Assembly (NCBI GenBank): GCA_038087875.1
Contig: JAXLNO010000051.1
Coordinates: 1 to 64,000 of the forward strand
Direction: 5' to 3'
Origin: Malacoraja senta
Taxonomy: Eukaryota
Length of the DNA stretch: 64,000 nt
Of this stretch, positions 24,447 to 37,149 are shown piece after piece. A program made the position numbers and the translations under genes. The number at the start of each line of letters is the position of its first letter. The stretch's first letter is position 1. The notes beneath the pieces were generated by a model. That model was not told where the DNA came from. It made no database searches and worked only from the letters and a program-made list of their open reading frames with translations.

Positions 24447-25202
24447 GTTGGGAATCTCCCCGTACCCCCCCTATAACCACATACCCCTCCTGGGGCTACC
24501 ATTGTGTTACATACGTTGAATTGTACATCACTTTCACTGGTTAGCCGATATACTGAACACTGCAACCCTGTATATCCCGCACACAGAATAATGTGAGTTC
24601 TGTAAATCTTACTATACATGTCAGAAATACAGTGTTAACCATGTTAATGGATTGCTATTATGAATTATTTAAAATTGAGTGGGTTGGTGCAACATTGGTG
24701 CCATATGCTGCTAATGTCGTTATCAGATATTCAGTGTTAAAAAGAGAAATAAATCACGATAAAAGCGAAAAGATGTTCCTTCCAGTGTGTGGGGAGTCTG
24801 GCCCGGATCAGCAAGGCCGAGACACCAGAGTGAAGTTGCGGGGAGGTTTACAATGTTTTTTTATTTAATGTTGTCCCTTGTCTAGTCTGAAATAAGGTTC
24901 ATCATTGGATATAAAAATTGGAAGAAATGTAAATGTGTGTGTTATATGATTATATAGATCTATATCACATTCATATGTGTGTTCTTTCCAGCACAATCTA
25001 ATCAGATGTATGCTCGCTGAATAAAACCATCCTTAAGTTGTACATCATTTGTAAATCTTGCTCAAAACTAATTTAATTTTGTGAAATATTTAAATTAGAT
25101 AACCCCACCATAACAGACAGATCTCATTCCACTCTCTGGCTATTGGGAAGACCAGAACCATTTTATCGTTGAGAAACAACTCCATAGACACAAAAACATT
25201 AA

Positions 25203-26402
25203 GTAGCAATGTTACAAAATTTTGAGATTTTAAAAATAAAGTCTGCAATTTATCCCATCAGATAAAGCATAAAAAGAAGTTTAATTTGACACCTAATTCA
25301 CTTTCATATCTTCAGTATTAAAGAAGTTATGGCCATTTTCATACTCGGCAATTAGCATCGTGTTCCCTATTGCTTTTCCATTGACTTAACACAAAAGCTG
25401 TGATCGAGGACAGTTAAAAGCCCATAACTTTCTTAAAAATTAAGATAACTGAAAGAAATGTTCAGTTATTATAGATTGAAGCATTCTGAAACAAATATGA
25501 AACAATCTTACTTAGAAGACATGAAAGTAAAGCATATAATTAGTTAGTTACCTAATTGTAGCTAATTACAAAATTCAATTACTAGATCTAAACATCTATC
25601 AATTTCTTAAGAATAGATTAACATTTTTAAATAGCCTAAGTATCCAAATAACATTCAAACAATAATTCACAATATAACATAATTTTTAAATCTCATTTTC
25701 ATGAATTTACAGGCCAAATGGAAGGAATTGAATGTTTAATACCTGTAAATTAATGGGCATTTAACTCATGTTTTTGGAAGGAATTCTGTCCCTGATTTAT
25801 GTATTGGTCTTTATAACCTATTTTTTTTAAATTCTGATTATATGTTTTCTATAAATCTCTGTATGGTGTCCTTGAGACCTCGGTATAAGGCGCCCGTAAA
25901 TAAAATCCATTATTATTATTATTATCTTGTGAGTGAGGATTTCTGTAACGCGATCTTTTGGAACGTTCATTTGCGGTGAATTTAACCCCCTATTGGCATG
26001 AAAAATACTGCCGTTAGTTCGGGGAATAAAATCACCTTTTCGCATGAAAAAATGTGAATTAAAGGCTTCTTAAGAAGCACTTTTATACATTTAAAGAAAC
26101 CACTTTCGTTTACCTGTCCCGTGTGTGAAATCCGTCCCCGTTATCGGCGTTGACGCTTCAGGAGCTGCTTTAAAAATTACTCCAGCGCTGACATTGACGA
26201 TTTAATAAAAATAAAAAATTCACAATACGCCCCTAAGAACGATTTTTCAGCAAACGCTTGTACTCCAACGAAATATAATTCAGGACAAGGGAGGAGAAAC
26301 CGCGTTTTAACCCCGCCCCCCCCCTTAAAGGCGCCAAAATCGTGCACACGGCAAGTGACAGAATTACAGCGCGACTGAAGGTAAGTTTTGTAACATACCT
26401 AC
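25203..26402. mobile_element. Non-autonomous DNA transposon, GTAG...CTAC ends, 5-bp TSD (copy 1)
   Basis: GTAGCAATGTTACAAAA / TTTTGTAACATACCTAC imperfect TIRs; ATTAA on both sides; extra insertion at 25770-25925. Confidence 0.85.
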
Positions 26403-26845
26403 ATTAAGGAACATTCCAGGGCTAGAGCAACTGGAATCTTCATATTGCTATTATTTTGCCAAATACTGCAGGTGTGAACTGTGTGATTAGATGAATGAAT
26501 TACAGAGTGCAAGTGTAATACAAAATCAGCTCAAACACAGCACTTGAGCCATTTTAAAAGAAATGATTAAAAAAACATTAAAAAAGAAAATTACCAGTCA
26601 AAATTTATAAACATTTTATTCTTTAACAAGAATTAACAGAATTATGAACTAACAGAATTATGACTCTAATCCTATATCACACACAAACTGTTCCCCCGCA
26701 ATGTTGATTACAAGCGAGTCGAGTCGGGTAGGTTTCGGTTACTGAAATGGACGAACAAAATGCCCACGTTCCGCTCCGTTGCGTACTACACGTCAGCCCA
26801 TTGCATTTCGCAGGAGTGGCCTATCTATAGGATCTTTGGCAGGTA

Positions 26846-27058
26846 TTACCTGAATTTGGAGAGGTCAATGAGCATACTGCTGGGTTGCAAACTGCCCAAG
26901 CGAAATTTGAGGTGCTGCTCCTCCAATTTACAGTGGGCCTCACTCTGGCCATGGAGGAGGCCCAGGACAGAAAGGTAGGATTCAGAATGGGAGGGGGAGC
27001 TGAAGTGTTGAGCCACCGGGAGATCAGGTTGGTTATTGCGAACCGAGCAGAAGTATTT
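26846..27058 (-). mobile_element. Penelope GIY-YIG C-terminal fragment
   Basis: SVRNNQPDLPVAQHF...EEQHLKFRLGSLQP matches 47955-48200. Confidence 0.8.
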
Positions 27059-27597
27059 GGTGTGTGTGCGTGAGTGTGTGTGTGAGAGTGAGTGTGTGTG
27101 TGAGAAAGTGTGTGTGAGAGCAAGAGAGAGAGTGTGTGTGTGTGTGCGTGTGAGAGGGAGTGTGTGAGAGAGAGGGAGAGAGAGAGGGAGTGTGAGAGAG
27201 ATGGAGCGAGAGAGGGAGTGTGAGAGAGGAGGGGGCACGAGAAGGTGGAGTGGAGAGAATTTGTGTACGAGTGGGAGGAAAGTGTGGGGAGAGGGTAGAG
27301 AGAGGAATTTATATGTGCAGCTTTAAGGGACATTGGTCAGGTAGCATTTGCAGTATTGCATACAGTTCTGGTCATTCCATTACAGGACTGATGTGGAGGC
27401 TTTGGGGAAGGTGCAGAGATGGTTAACCAGAATGGATTAAAAACAAGGAACTGCAGATACTGGTTTACAAAAAAGGACACAAAATGCTGGAGTAACTCAG
27501 CGGGACAGGCAGCATTTCTGGAGAGAATGGGTGATTGAAGAAATGACCCGAAACGTTACCCATTCCTTCCAGCATTATGTGTCTACCTAAACAGCGC

Positions 27598-29443
27598 CTA
27601 TCCACGTGACAGGCTGGAGGAGCGGGCAAAGGCCTTGCCACAGAACGGGCAGGTGAAGGGACGCCCACCGCTGTGGGTACGCCGGTGCTGCCACAGGCTG
27701 GACATGCAGGTGAAACCCTTGCCACACTCAGAACACACAAAGGGACTCTCTCCGGTGTGTACCGCTGGTGCTCCCGCAGCCCCCATGCTCTCTTGTCACA
27801 GTGGGAGCAGCTGCTCGCCGGCGTGGGTCCGCCGGTGCTGCCGCAACCCCCGCGAGCTGTCAAACTCCTCACCGCAGTACGGGCAGTCGTAGGGCTGGCC
27901 ACTGGTGTGCACGTGCTGGTGAAACAGTGAATGGAAGGCCATGGCAATGCGTTCCCCACACACCGGGCTGGGGACGGGACGGTCGCCAGTGTGCACCCGC
28001 TGGTGGGACAAAAGCTTGGAGGGGCGGGTGAAGCCCTTGCCGCACTGGGCGCAGGTGTAGGGGCGCTCCCCGGTGTGGGTGCGGTGGTGCTCCAGCAGGT
28101 TGCTGGAATGGGTGAAGCCCTTGCCGCACTGGGCGCAGGTGTAGGGTCGCTCGCCGGTGTGGGTGCGCTGGTGCACCAGCAGATGACCGGACTGGGTGAA
28201 GCCCTTGCCGCACTGGGTGCAGGTGTAGGGTCGCTCGCCGGTGTGGATGCGCTGGTGCTTCAGCAGGTTGTCGGAGCGGGTGAAGCCCTTGCCGCACTGG
28301 GTGCAGGTGTAGGGGCGCTCGCCAGTGTGGGTGCGCTGGTGGGACAGCAGGTGACCGGACTGAGTGAAGCCCTTGCCGCATTGGGCGCAGGTGTAGGGTC
28401 GCTCGCCGGTGTGGATGCGCTGGTGGGACAGCAGGTTACCGGACAGAGTGAAGCCCTTGCCGCATTGGGTGCAGGTGTAGGGTCGCTCGCCGGTGTGGAA
28501 GCGCTGGTGGGACAGCAGGCTGCTGGAATGGGTGAAGCCCTTGCCGCACTGGATGCAGGTGTAGGGGCGCTCGCCGGTGTGGGTGCGGTGGTGCTCCAGC
28601 AGGCTGTCGGAGTGGCTGAAGCCCTTGCTGCACTGGGTGCAGGTGTAGGGTCGCTTGCCGGTGTGCACCCGCTGGTGGGACAGCAGGTGACCGGACTGAG
28701 TGAAGTCCTTGCCGCACTGGGCGCAGGTGTAGGGTCGCACGCCGGTGTGGATGCGCTGGTGGGACAGCAGGTGACCGGATTGAGTGAAGCCCTTGCCGCA
28801 CTGGGCGCAGGTGTAGGGTCGCACGCCGGTGTGGATGCGCTGGTGGGACAGCAGGCTGCTGGAATGGGTGAAGCCCTTGCCGCACTGGGCACAGGTGTAG
28901 GGGCGCTCGCCGGTGTGGGTGCGCTGGTGCTCCAGCAGGCTGTCGGAGCGGCTGAAGCCCTTGCTGCACTGGGTGCAGGTGTAGGGTCGTTCTCCGGTGT
29001 GGGTGCGCTGGTGGAACAGCAGGTTGCTGGAGCCGGTGAAGCCCTTGCCGCAGTCGTTGCAGGTGTAGGGGCGGTCCCCGGTGTGCACGCGCCTGTGCTG
29101 CTTCAGGTCTGGTGACGACTTGAAACCTTTGCCGCAGTCGGAGCAGGTGAAGGGGCCGCTCACTGCTGTGGACCCGCTGGTGCTGCCGTAGACCCGACAA
29201 CTGGACAAAGCTCATGTCGCATGTAGCGCAGCCATAGGGCTTCTCGCCCGTGTGCACCCGCCGGTGGGTCTTCAGCACAACCGCCGTCTTGAAGCTCTTG
29301 CCGCACTCCGAGCAATCGAAGGGACGTTCTCCAGTGTGAACCCGCCGGTGGATCTCCAGCTCACTCGGGCACTGCCAGGCCTTGCCACACACGTCGCACT
29401 CATAACGCTTCTCCTTGTTGTGCCCCATCATGGGGTCCTCCAT
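27598..29443 (-). CDS. Tandem C2H2 zinc-finger gene, ~18 intact fingers plus degenerate ones; frameshifted as assembled; no KRAB/SET domain seen
   Basis: ATG at 29443 ([19 protein letters not shown]); TGERPY linkers; +1 shift in G-run 29152-29155 after finger 3; stop at 27796 with further out-of-frame fingers to 27598; acceptor CCCCTCCTGCAG ending at 29556. Confidence 0.85.
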
Positions 29444-29656
29444 CGAAGCGCAGCCGCAGGGGGGAGATGGGGGGATGGGTCTCACCGGCACCCTGGCCGC
29501 CCTCAATGGCTGCTCACGTCCCCGTCTCTCCGTCCACAGCAACGGCTCCTAAACCCTGCAGGAGGGGAACACAGAGGGTCAACAAGCTGGCAAACAGGAC
29601 ATTACGAGCACATATTTGGTGCGTTTATGGAGGAGGCAACCGTTATATAATTCTGC

Positions 29657-29969
29657 GCGGCACAGTGGCGCAGCAGTACAGCTGCAGCCTCACCGCCAGA
29701 GACCCGGTTTCGATCCTGACTACGGGTGCTGTCTGTGCGGAGTCTGTACGTTCTCACCTTGACCTGCGTGGGTTTTTACTCCGGGTGCTCCGGTTCCTCC
29801 AACATTTCAAAGACGTTCAGAGTTGTAGATTAATCGGCCTCCGCAAAATTGTTTAAATTTTCCCTAATGTGCTTAGGATAGTGCTAGTGTACGGGGTGAT
29901 CGCTGGTCGGCGCGAACTCCGTGGGCCGAAAGACCTGTTTCCGCGCTGCATCTCTAAACTAAACTAAAC
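29657..29969 (+). mobile_element. Full-length tRNA-derived SINE with CR1-like tail (V-SINE/HE1-like)
   Basis: A box TGGCGCAGCAGT, B box GGTTTCGATCC, tail GGGCCGAA..CCTGTTTCC and (CTAAA)n. Confidence 0.75.
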
Positions 29970-30005
29970 CAAAGGGTCTCGACCCAAAATGTCACCCCAG
30001 CACAT

Positions 30006-31020
30006 TCTCTCTGTCGCTCTCTCTCTCTCTCTCTCCCTCTCTGTCCCTCACTCTCTCTCGGTCTCTCTCTTTTCCTCTGTCCCCCTCTCTCTCTCTTTGT
30101 CCCTCTCTCTCTGTCCCCTCTGTCCCTCTCTCTGTCCCCCCCTCTCTCTGTCCCCCTTTCTCCATCTCTCTCTGTGTCCCTCTCTCTGTCTGTCTCTCTT
30201 TCTCTCTGTCTGTCTCTCTCTTTCTCTCTGTCCCTCTCTCTTTCTGTCCCCCTCTCTCTTTCTCTGCCCCCCCCTCTCTCTGTCCCCACCTCTCTCTCTC
30301 TCTGTCCCTCTCTCTCTCCCTCTTTGTCCTTCTCTCATTCTCTGTCCCTCTCTCTTTGTCCCTCTCTCCCCCTCCCTCTCTCTCTCTCCCCCTCCCTCTC
30401 TCTCTCTCTCCCCCTCTCTCTTTCTGTCCCCACCTGTCTTTCTCTCTCTGTGTCCCTCTCTCTCTCTCCCCCTCTGTATCTCTCTATCCCTCTCTCTCTG
30501 TCCCTCTCCCTCTCTGCCCCCCTCTCTCTATGTCCCTCTCTCCCTGTCCCTGTCCTTCTCTCTCTCTGTCCCTCTGCCTCTCTCTGTCCCTCTCTCTCTC
30601 TCAATCGCTCTCTCTCTCTCTGTCCCCGTCTCTCTCTCTCTCTCTGTCCCCGTCTCTCTCTAGCTCTCTCTCTCTCTCTCTCTGTCCCTCTCTCTCTCTC
30701 TGCCCCTCTCTCTCTGTTCCTCTCTCTCCGTCGCTCTCTCCCTGTCCCTCTATCTCTCTCTTTCTCTGTCTGTCTCTCTCTCTCCCTCTGTCTCTCTCTA
30801 TCCCCCTCTCTCTTTCTATGACCCTCTCTCTGTCCCCCTTTCTCTATCCCTCTCTCTCTCTGTCCCTCTCTCTCTCCGTCCCTCTCTCTCTCTCTGCCCC
30901 TCTCTCTCTCTGTCCTTCTCTCTCTGTCGCTCTCTCTCTGTCCCTCTCTCTTTCTCTGTCTCTCTCTCTCTCTGCCCCCCCCTCTCTCTCTCTATCTCTG
31001 TCCTCTCTCTCTCTCTTTTT
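30006..31020. repeat. ~1-kb CT-rich polypyrimidine microsatellite
   Basis: Direct inspection. Confidence 0.95.
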
Positions 31021-31699
31021 CCCTTAACATATCTAAAGAAGCTTTTACTGTCCTTTATATTCCTGGCCAGCTTCCCTTTGTACTTCATCATTTCAGCCCG
31101 TATTGCCCGTTCTGTTTCCTATAAAAGTTTCCCAATCCTCTGTCCCCACCTCAATGAGTTCCGCGCCCGCCACGATGTGGAGCTCTTCTTCCATCGCCTC
31201 CGCCTCACACCTTTCTTCCATGAGAAGGAGTCCTCGCCCCCACTTGATGATCCCCTTTTCCCCTCCGGGTACCCCAATTTCCCCCACGACCCCCCTCATG
31301 GCCATTGGTACAATGAAATTTGGAGGTCACCAACCGACGTCGGAACGGGAGAACATTCTCAGCGGCTTGGACTTCCGAATCGGCCACTTCCTACCAGAGA
31401 CCGCGGCTCCCGAAGTCCACAGGCTGAGCTGGGTGGAGATTCACACTGGCGGCCCTCGGCAAAGGGACCCCAGGGCTCCGCAATGTTGAAATCAGCGCGG
31501 CCCGAGGCTGGGAGCTCCGCAAACCACAGCTCTATGATGTTGAAGCAGCAGGCCCAACACTCCAGAGCTTCAAATGGCGTTCCAGGTAAGGCATCACCCG
31601 CTCCGCGATGAATCCAATATGTATTTTAAAACCAACTGTTTAATGACAACATACAGTAGGATCTAAAAGTGTCACACTGTCACTGTCGGGTAGTCATGG

Positions 31700-33195
31700 T
31701 CCTCAGAGGGAGCAGCAGGACACCAGACGCCTGTGGCAGGGGCTACGGACTGTAACCCACTACCGGAGCAGCCCCCCCCTCAACCGGAAATGCCGGCAAC
31801 TCCCTAGCTGATGACATGAACTCCTTCTATGCTCGTTTCAAGTCGGGCAACATCACCCCAGGTTTGCCGACTATCGACAACACCACCAGCGTGCTGGCTA
31901 ACGAAGTTGAAGGGAGGAATGTGCACACATTCTTGTTGTCCGAGCACGATGTGAGGAGGGCTCTGACACGGGTGAACACGGGGAAAGCTGTAGGCCCAGA
32001 TGGCATCTCGGGGCGAGTACTTTGCTCACTACAATATTCAACCTCTCCCTGGACAAGTCCGTGGTCCCTGCCTGTTTCAAAAGATCCATCATTGTACCTG
32101 TACCTAAAAATGCCTCCCCAGCTTGTCTGAATGACTACCGTCCAGTGGCACTCACGTCGGTAGTCATGAAATGCTTTGAGAGGCTAGTCAAGAAACACAT
32201 CCGCGCCTTCCTCCCTCACATGGACCCGTTACAATTCGCATACCGTCCGAATAGATCCACGGACGATGCGGTCTCCCAGGTTCTGCACACCGCTCTCTCT
32301 CACCTTGACAGCCAGAAGGGGGCTATGTGAGGATGCTGTTCAGAGACTTCAGTTCAGCCTTCAACACAATAGTCCCCACCAGACTAGCCGAGAAGCTGCT
32401 GGAATTAGGGCTCAACACCCCCTTGTGTGCCTGGGTCCTGGACTTTCTCAACGCCAGGCCCCATGTAGTCAAGCTGGGAGGAAATATATCGAAGTCCCTC
32501 ATCCTTAGCACAGGATCCCCCCAGGGTTACGTCCTCAGCCCCCTACTGTACTCCCTGTGCACCCATGACTGTGTGGCTAGGTTCAGCTCCAAATCGATAA
32601 TCAAGTTTGCTGATGACACTGCGGTGGTGGGCCAGATCACTGAAAATAATGAGAAGGCCTACCGGGAAGAGGTGGCTGATCTGGCACTGGTGTCAGGACA
32701 ACAGCCTCCTCTTGAATATCAAAAAAACTAAGGAGCTGATCGTGGACTTTAGGAGGACACATCATCCGAGGACATACACACCATTGAGGATAAATGGGGA
32801 TACTGTGGATAGGGTGAGCTGTTTTAAATACCTGGGAGTCCACATCTCTGAGGATTTGACATGGACATCACACGCTGCAGCACTGGTGAGTAAGGCAAGG
32901 CAGCGCCTTTACCACCTCAGGCAACTGAGGAAATTCAGAGTGTCTCTGAGGATCCTCCAGTGCTTCTACTCAGCGGCTGTGGAAAGTATCTTGTCAGGAA
33001 ATATCACGATTTGGTTTGGGAACTGCTCTGCCCAGGACAAGAAGGCTCGGCCGAACGCACTATGGGAACTACACTCGCCACCCTGCAGGAACTATACATC
33101 AGGAGGTTCAACTCCAGAGCCAACAAGATCATGGGAGACCCCTTCCATCCCTGCAACGGACTGTTCCAGCTGCTACGGTCAGGCAAACGCCTCCA
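31700..33195 (+). mobile_element. Rex1/Babar-type LINE RT remnant, frameshifted
   Basis: [55 protein letters not shown]. Confidence 0.8.
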
Positions 33196-34163
33196 TATAA
33201 CCATATAACAATTACAGCATGGAAACAGGCCATCTCGGCCCTTCTAGTCCGTGCCGAACACTTATTCTCCCCTAGTCCCATCTACCTGCACTCAGACCAT
33301 AACGCTCCATTACTTTCCCGTCCATATACCTATCCAATTCATTTTTAAATGATAAAATCGAACCTGCACCCACCACTTCCACTGGGAGCTCATTCCACAC
33401 AGCTACCACTCTCTGAGTAAAGAAGTTCCCCCCTCATGTTACCCCTAAACTTCTGTCCCTTAATTCTCAAATCATGTCCTCTTGTTTGAATCTTCCCTAC
33501 TACTCTCAATGGAAAAAGCTTATCCACGTCAACTCTGGCTATCCCTCTCACCATTTTAAAGACCTCTATCAAGTCCCCCCTTAACATAGAAACATAGAAA
33601 ATAGGTGCAGGAGTAGGCCATTCGAGCCTGTACCGCCATTCAATATGATCATGGCTGATCATCCAACTCGGTATCCTGTACCTGCCTTCTCTCCATACCC
33701 CCTGATTCCTTTAGCCACAAGGGCCGCATCTAACTCCCTCTGTGAAAAATGTTTTTCTCATCTCGGTCCTAAAAGACTTCCCCTTTATCCTTAAACTGTG
33801 ACCCCATGTTCTGGACTTCCCCAACATCGGGAACAATCTTCCTGCATCTAGCCTGTCCAACCCCTTAAAAAATTTGTAAGTTTCTATAAGATCCCCCCTC
33901 AATCTTCAAAATTCTAGCGAGTACAAGTCGAGTCTATCCAGTCTTTCTTCATATGAAAGTCCTGCCAGGAATCAGTCTGGTGAACCTTCTCTGTACTCCC
34001 TCTATGGGAAGAATGTCTTTCCTCAGATTTGGAAACCAAAACTGTACGCAATACTCCAGGTGTGGTCTCACCAAGACCCTGTACAACTGCAGTAGAACCT
34101 CCCTGCTCCTATACTCAAGTCCTTTTGCTATGAATGCTATCATACCATTCGCTTTCTTCACTG
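33196..34163 (-). mobile_element. Two stacked CR1 3' fragments of different subfamilies
   Basis: RGDLIEVFKMVRG (33200-33583) and RGDLIETYKF (33584-34163), each with its own microsatellite tail. Confidence 0.8.
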
Positions 34164-34409
34164 CAGGGCTCGAAATTAGAAGTTGCCCGGGTGCCACTGA
34201 CCACTCAAAGCGCCACCGGGCAACCTAAACACCGAGTCATTGTGCCCGGCTTGGCAACCAGATACTGGTTTGTACCGAAGATAGACACAAAAAACTGGAG
34301 TAACTCCGCGGGTCAGGCAGCATCTCTGGAGAAAAGGAACGCGATGTTTTGTGTCAGCGGTGACGGCTGTATTGCGGGGCAGATATTGCGGTGCGGGGTG
34401 AGGAAGGGT

Positions 34410-34735
34410 CGGAGCGAAAGACGGGCCCCGAACAGCGGCAGCAGCGGCTACATAGCTGCCTCCTCCCGCCCCCCGCCCGCCCTGATAAGGGCCGCTGCTT
34501 GTAAACCCGCTAACGGCGATAACCGCTTTCAAAACAAACCCTCGCGCACGGCGAGGCCGGGAGGAGGCAGGGGTAGGCCTCGGCGTGCAGTAGGGTTTGT
34601 TTTGAAAGCGGTTATCGCCGTTAGCGGGTTTACAAGCAGAGGCCCTTATCAGGCCGGGCGGGGGGGTGGGAGGAGACGGAGCCGCTGTCGCGGCCGCTGC
34701 TGCCGCTGTGCGACGCCCGTCATTCGCTTCGACTC
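34410..34735. repeat. GC-rich long inverted repeat
   Basis: Core arms ~34480-34541 and ~34592-34655 are near-perfect reverse complements. Confidence 0.85.
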
Positions 34736-36085
34736 GTCTGAAGCAGTTGCATCAAAGATCTTATAGCTATAGGATCTTTGAGCTGCACCACTCGGCCCCG
34801 CACCTTGCTGTTGGCTGGCGGAGGAGGGAGGCGGTGGCGAGGAGTTCCCAACGGCCAAGGCAGCGGGGCGATGTTGTCCGAGGAGCGCTGACCTTCCTTC
34901 CTCCCCACCTCGCCCTCTCCACCCCCTTATCCTGGGACCCCTCCACTCCATCCCGCACTGATCCCCATTCCCGCCTCTATTCAGTCCTCACTGACATCCC
35001 CTGTGCTCCCCTCCACATCTACCCCCCCATCTATTCATCCTGCGCTGATCACCCTATCCACCTCGCATTGAGTCCCCTGCCACCCCCCCCCCCCCATCCA
35101 TCCTACACTGGTTCCCCAATTCACCCTGTACTTACCCCGTTCCCATCCATCCTGCACTTCTCCTCCATCCATCCTGTACTAATCCACGCATTCATCCCGT
35201 ACTAACCCACCCTCCATTTACCCTGCACCTTCCCCCTTCCCCTCATTCATCCTGTAGTGACCCCTTCATCCTGCACACCCTCCGATCCACATTGTACTGA
35301 CCCCCCCATTCATCCTGCGCTGATATCCCCCCCATCCATCCTGTACTGATCCTCCCATTCAAGAAGAATGGGGGGAACAGTCTGAAGAAGGGTCTCGATC
35401 CGAAATGTTGCCTATTTCCTTCGCTCCATAGATGCTGCCTCACCCACTGAGTTTCTTCAGCACTTTTGTCTACCCCCATCCATCCCCTACTGAACCCCCC
35501 CATTCAACACCACTGACAGCCCCCATGCTCTCCCCTCACAATTTTACCTGCTCCAACCAACACGTACTAATTCACCTGCCTCAATCCATCCACTCTGCAC
35601 CGACTGCCTTCTAGTCCCCCACCCCCGCCATCTATCCACCCCGCACTGATTCACACACACACCCCTCTCTGACCCTATTGTGCTGGAAATGTCTTCAGAG
35701 CGAACATTGACTATGTTTGATAACGGAATGCAATCAAATGTGTTTTAATTCCCATTATTTGTTTTAATCCATTAGGATGGATTAATTAAATTGTGAACAC
35801 GTGAAACATTAAAACCGCAGTGTTCGATTGTCACTGCTGCCGTTGACACGTTATTACAGAATTCATTTTAACGGCAAATCAATGCTCTTAATATGGAGTA
35901 TCAGTACTGTAGTTATTTAATGAGCAACATTCACAACTATACATATGCATACATGTTACCATGGTCCAGGATTAATTGACACAGGATGATCATACGCTGA
36001 ATAATCCAACCACATTTTTGTTTGGAAGTGGAAAGAACTAATAGAAATTGCATTAATTGCAATGTGTAAAAAGAGTTGAGATACT

Positions 36086-37132
36086 GTAGGTATGTTACAA
36101 TACTTACCCTCAGCGGCGCTGTAATTCTGCCACCGGCCTTGTGCGCGATTTTGGCGCCTTTAAGGGGGGGGGGCGGGTTTAAAACACGGGTTTCTCCTAC
36201 CTTGTCCTGTATTATATTTCGTTGGAGTACAAGCGTTTGCTGAAAAATCGTTCCGAAGGGTGTTTTGTGTATTTTTTATTTTTATTAAATCAACAATGTC
36301 AGCGCTGGAGTCATTTTAAAATCAGCTTCTGAAGCCGTCAATGCTGACAACGGGGACGGATTTCACACACGGGACAGGTAAACGAAAGTGGTTTATTTTA
36401 ATGTATAAAAGTGCTTCTTAAGAAGCCTTTAATTAATATTTTTTCATGCGAAACAATGATTTTATTCCCCGAACTAACGGCAGAATGTTTCATGCCGATA
36501 CGGGGTTAAATTCACCGCAAATCAACGTTCCAAATGATCGCGTTCCAGAAATTCTCACTCGCAAAATGATTTAAATGCTCATTAATTTGCAGGTATTAAA
36601 CATTCAATTCCTTCCATTTGGCCTGTAAATTCATGACAATGAGATTTAAAAATTATGTTATATTGTGAATTCTTGTGTGAATGTTATTTGGACACTTAGG
36701 CTATTTAAAAATGTTAATCTATTCTTAAGAAATTGATAGATGTTTAGATCTAGTCATTGAATTTTGTAATTAGCTACAATTAGGTAACTAACTAATTATA
36801 TGCTTTAATTTCATGTCTTCTAAGTAAGATTGTTTCATATTTGTTTCAGAATGCTTCAGTCTATAATAACTGAAAATTTATTTCAGTTCTCTTAATTTTT
36901 AAGAAAGTTATGGACTTTTGACTGTCCTCGATCACAGCTTTTGTGTTAAGTCAATGGAAAAGCAATAGGGAACAAGATGCTAATTTCAGAGTATGAAAAT
37001 GGCCATAACGTTTTTAATACTGAAGATATGAAAGTGAATTAGGTGTCAAATTTAACTTCTTTTTATGCTTTATCTGATGGGATAAATTGCAGACTTTATT
37101 TTTTAAATCTAAATTTTTTGTAACATTGCTAC
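36086..37132. mobile_element. GTAG...CTAC DNA transposon, copy 2, inverted relative to copy 1
   Basis: ATACT TSD at 36081-36085 and 37133-37137; reverse-complement homology to 25203-26402. Confidence 0.88.
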
Positions 37133-37149
37133 ATACTGTCTTATAATTT

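Noticed and set aside
27931..29115. 394-aa Ala/Gly-rich plus-strand ORF
   Set aside because: Antisense shadow of the GC-rich zinc-finger repeats
27598..29555. PRDM9 or KRAB-ZNF call
   Set aside because: No PR/SET, KRAB or SSXRD exon recognisable in the window
29657..29730. tRNA gene
   Set aside because: A/B boxes continue into a SINE body and LINE-type tail; no full cloverleaf seen
29954..31091. Ser/Leu- and Arg/Glu-rich ORFs
   Set aside because: Translations of CT/GA microsatellite; the same applies to 53372-55968 apart from the kinase exons
25203..37132. Single composite transposon carrying the ZNF gene
   Set aside because: Each copy has its own TSD and the outer flanks (ATTAA vs ATACT) differ
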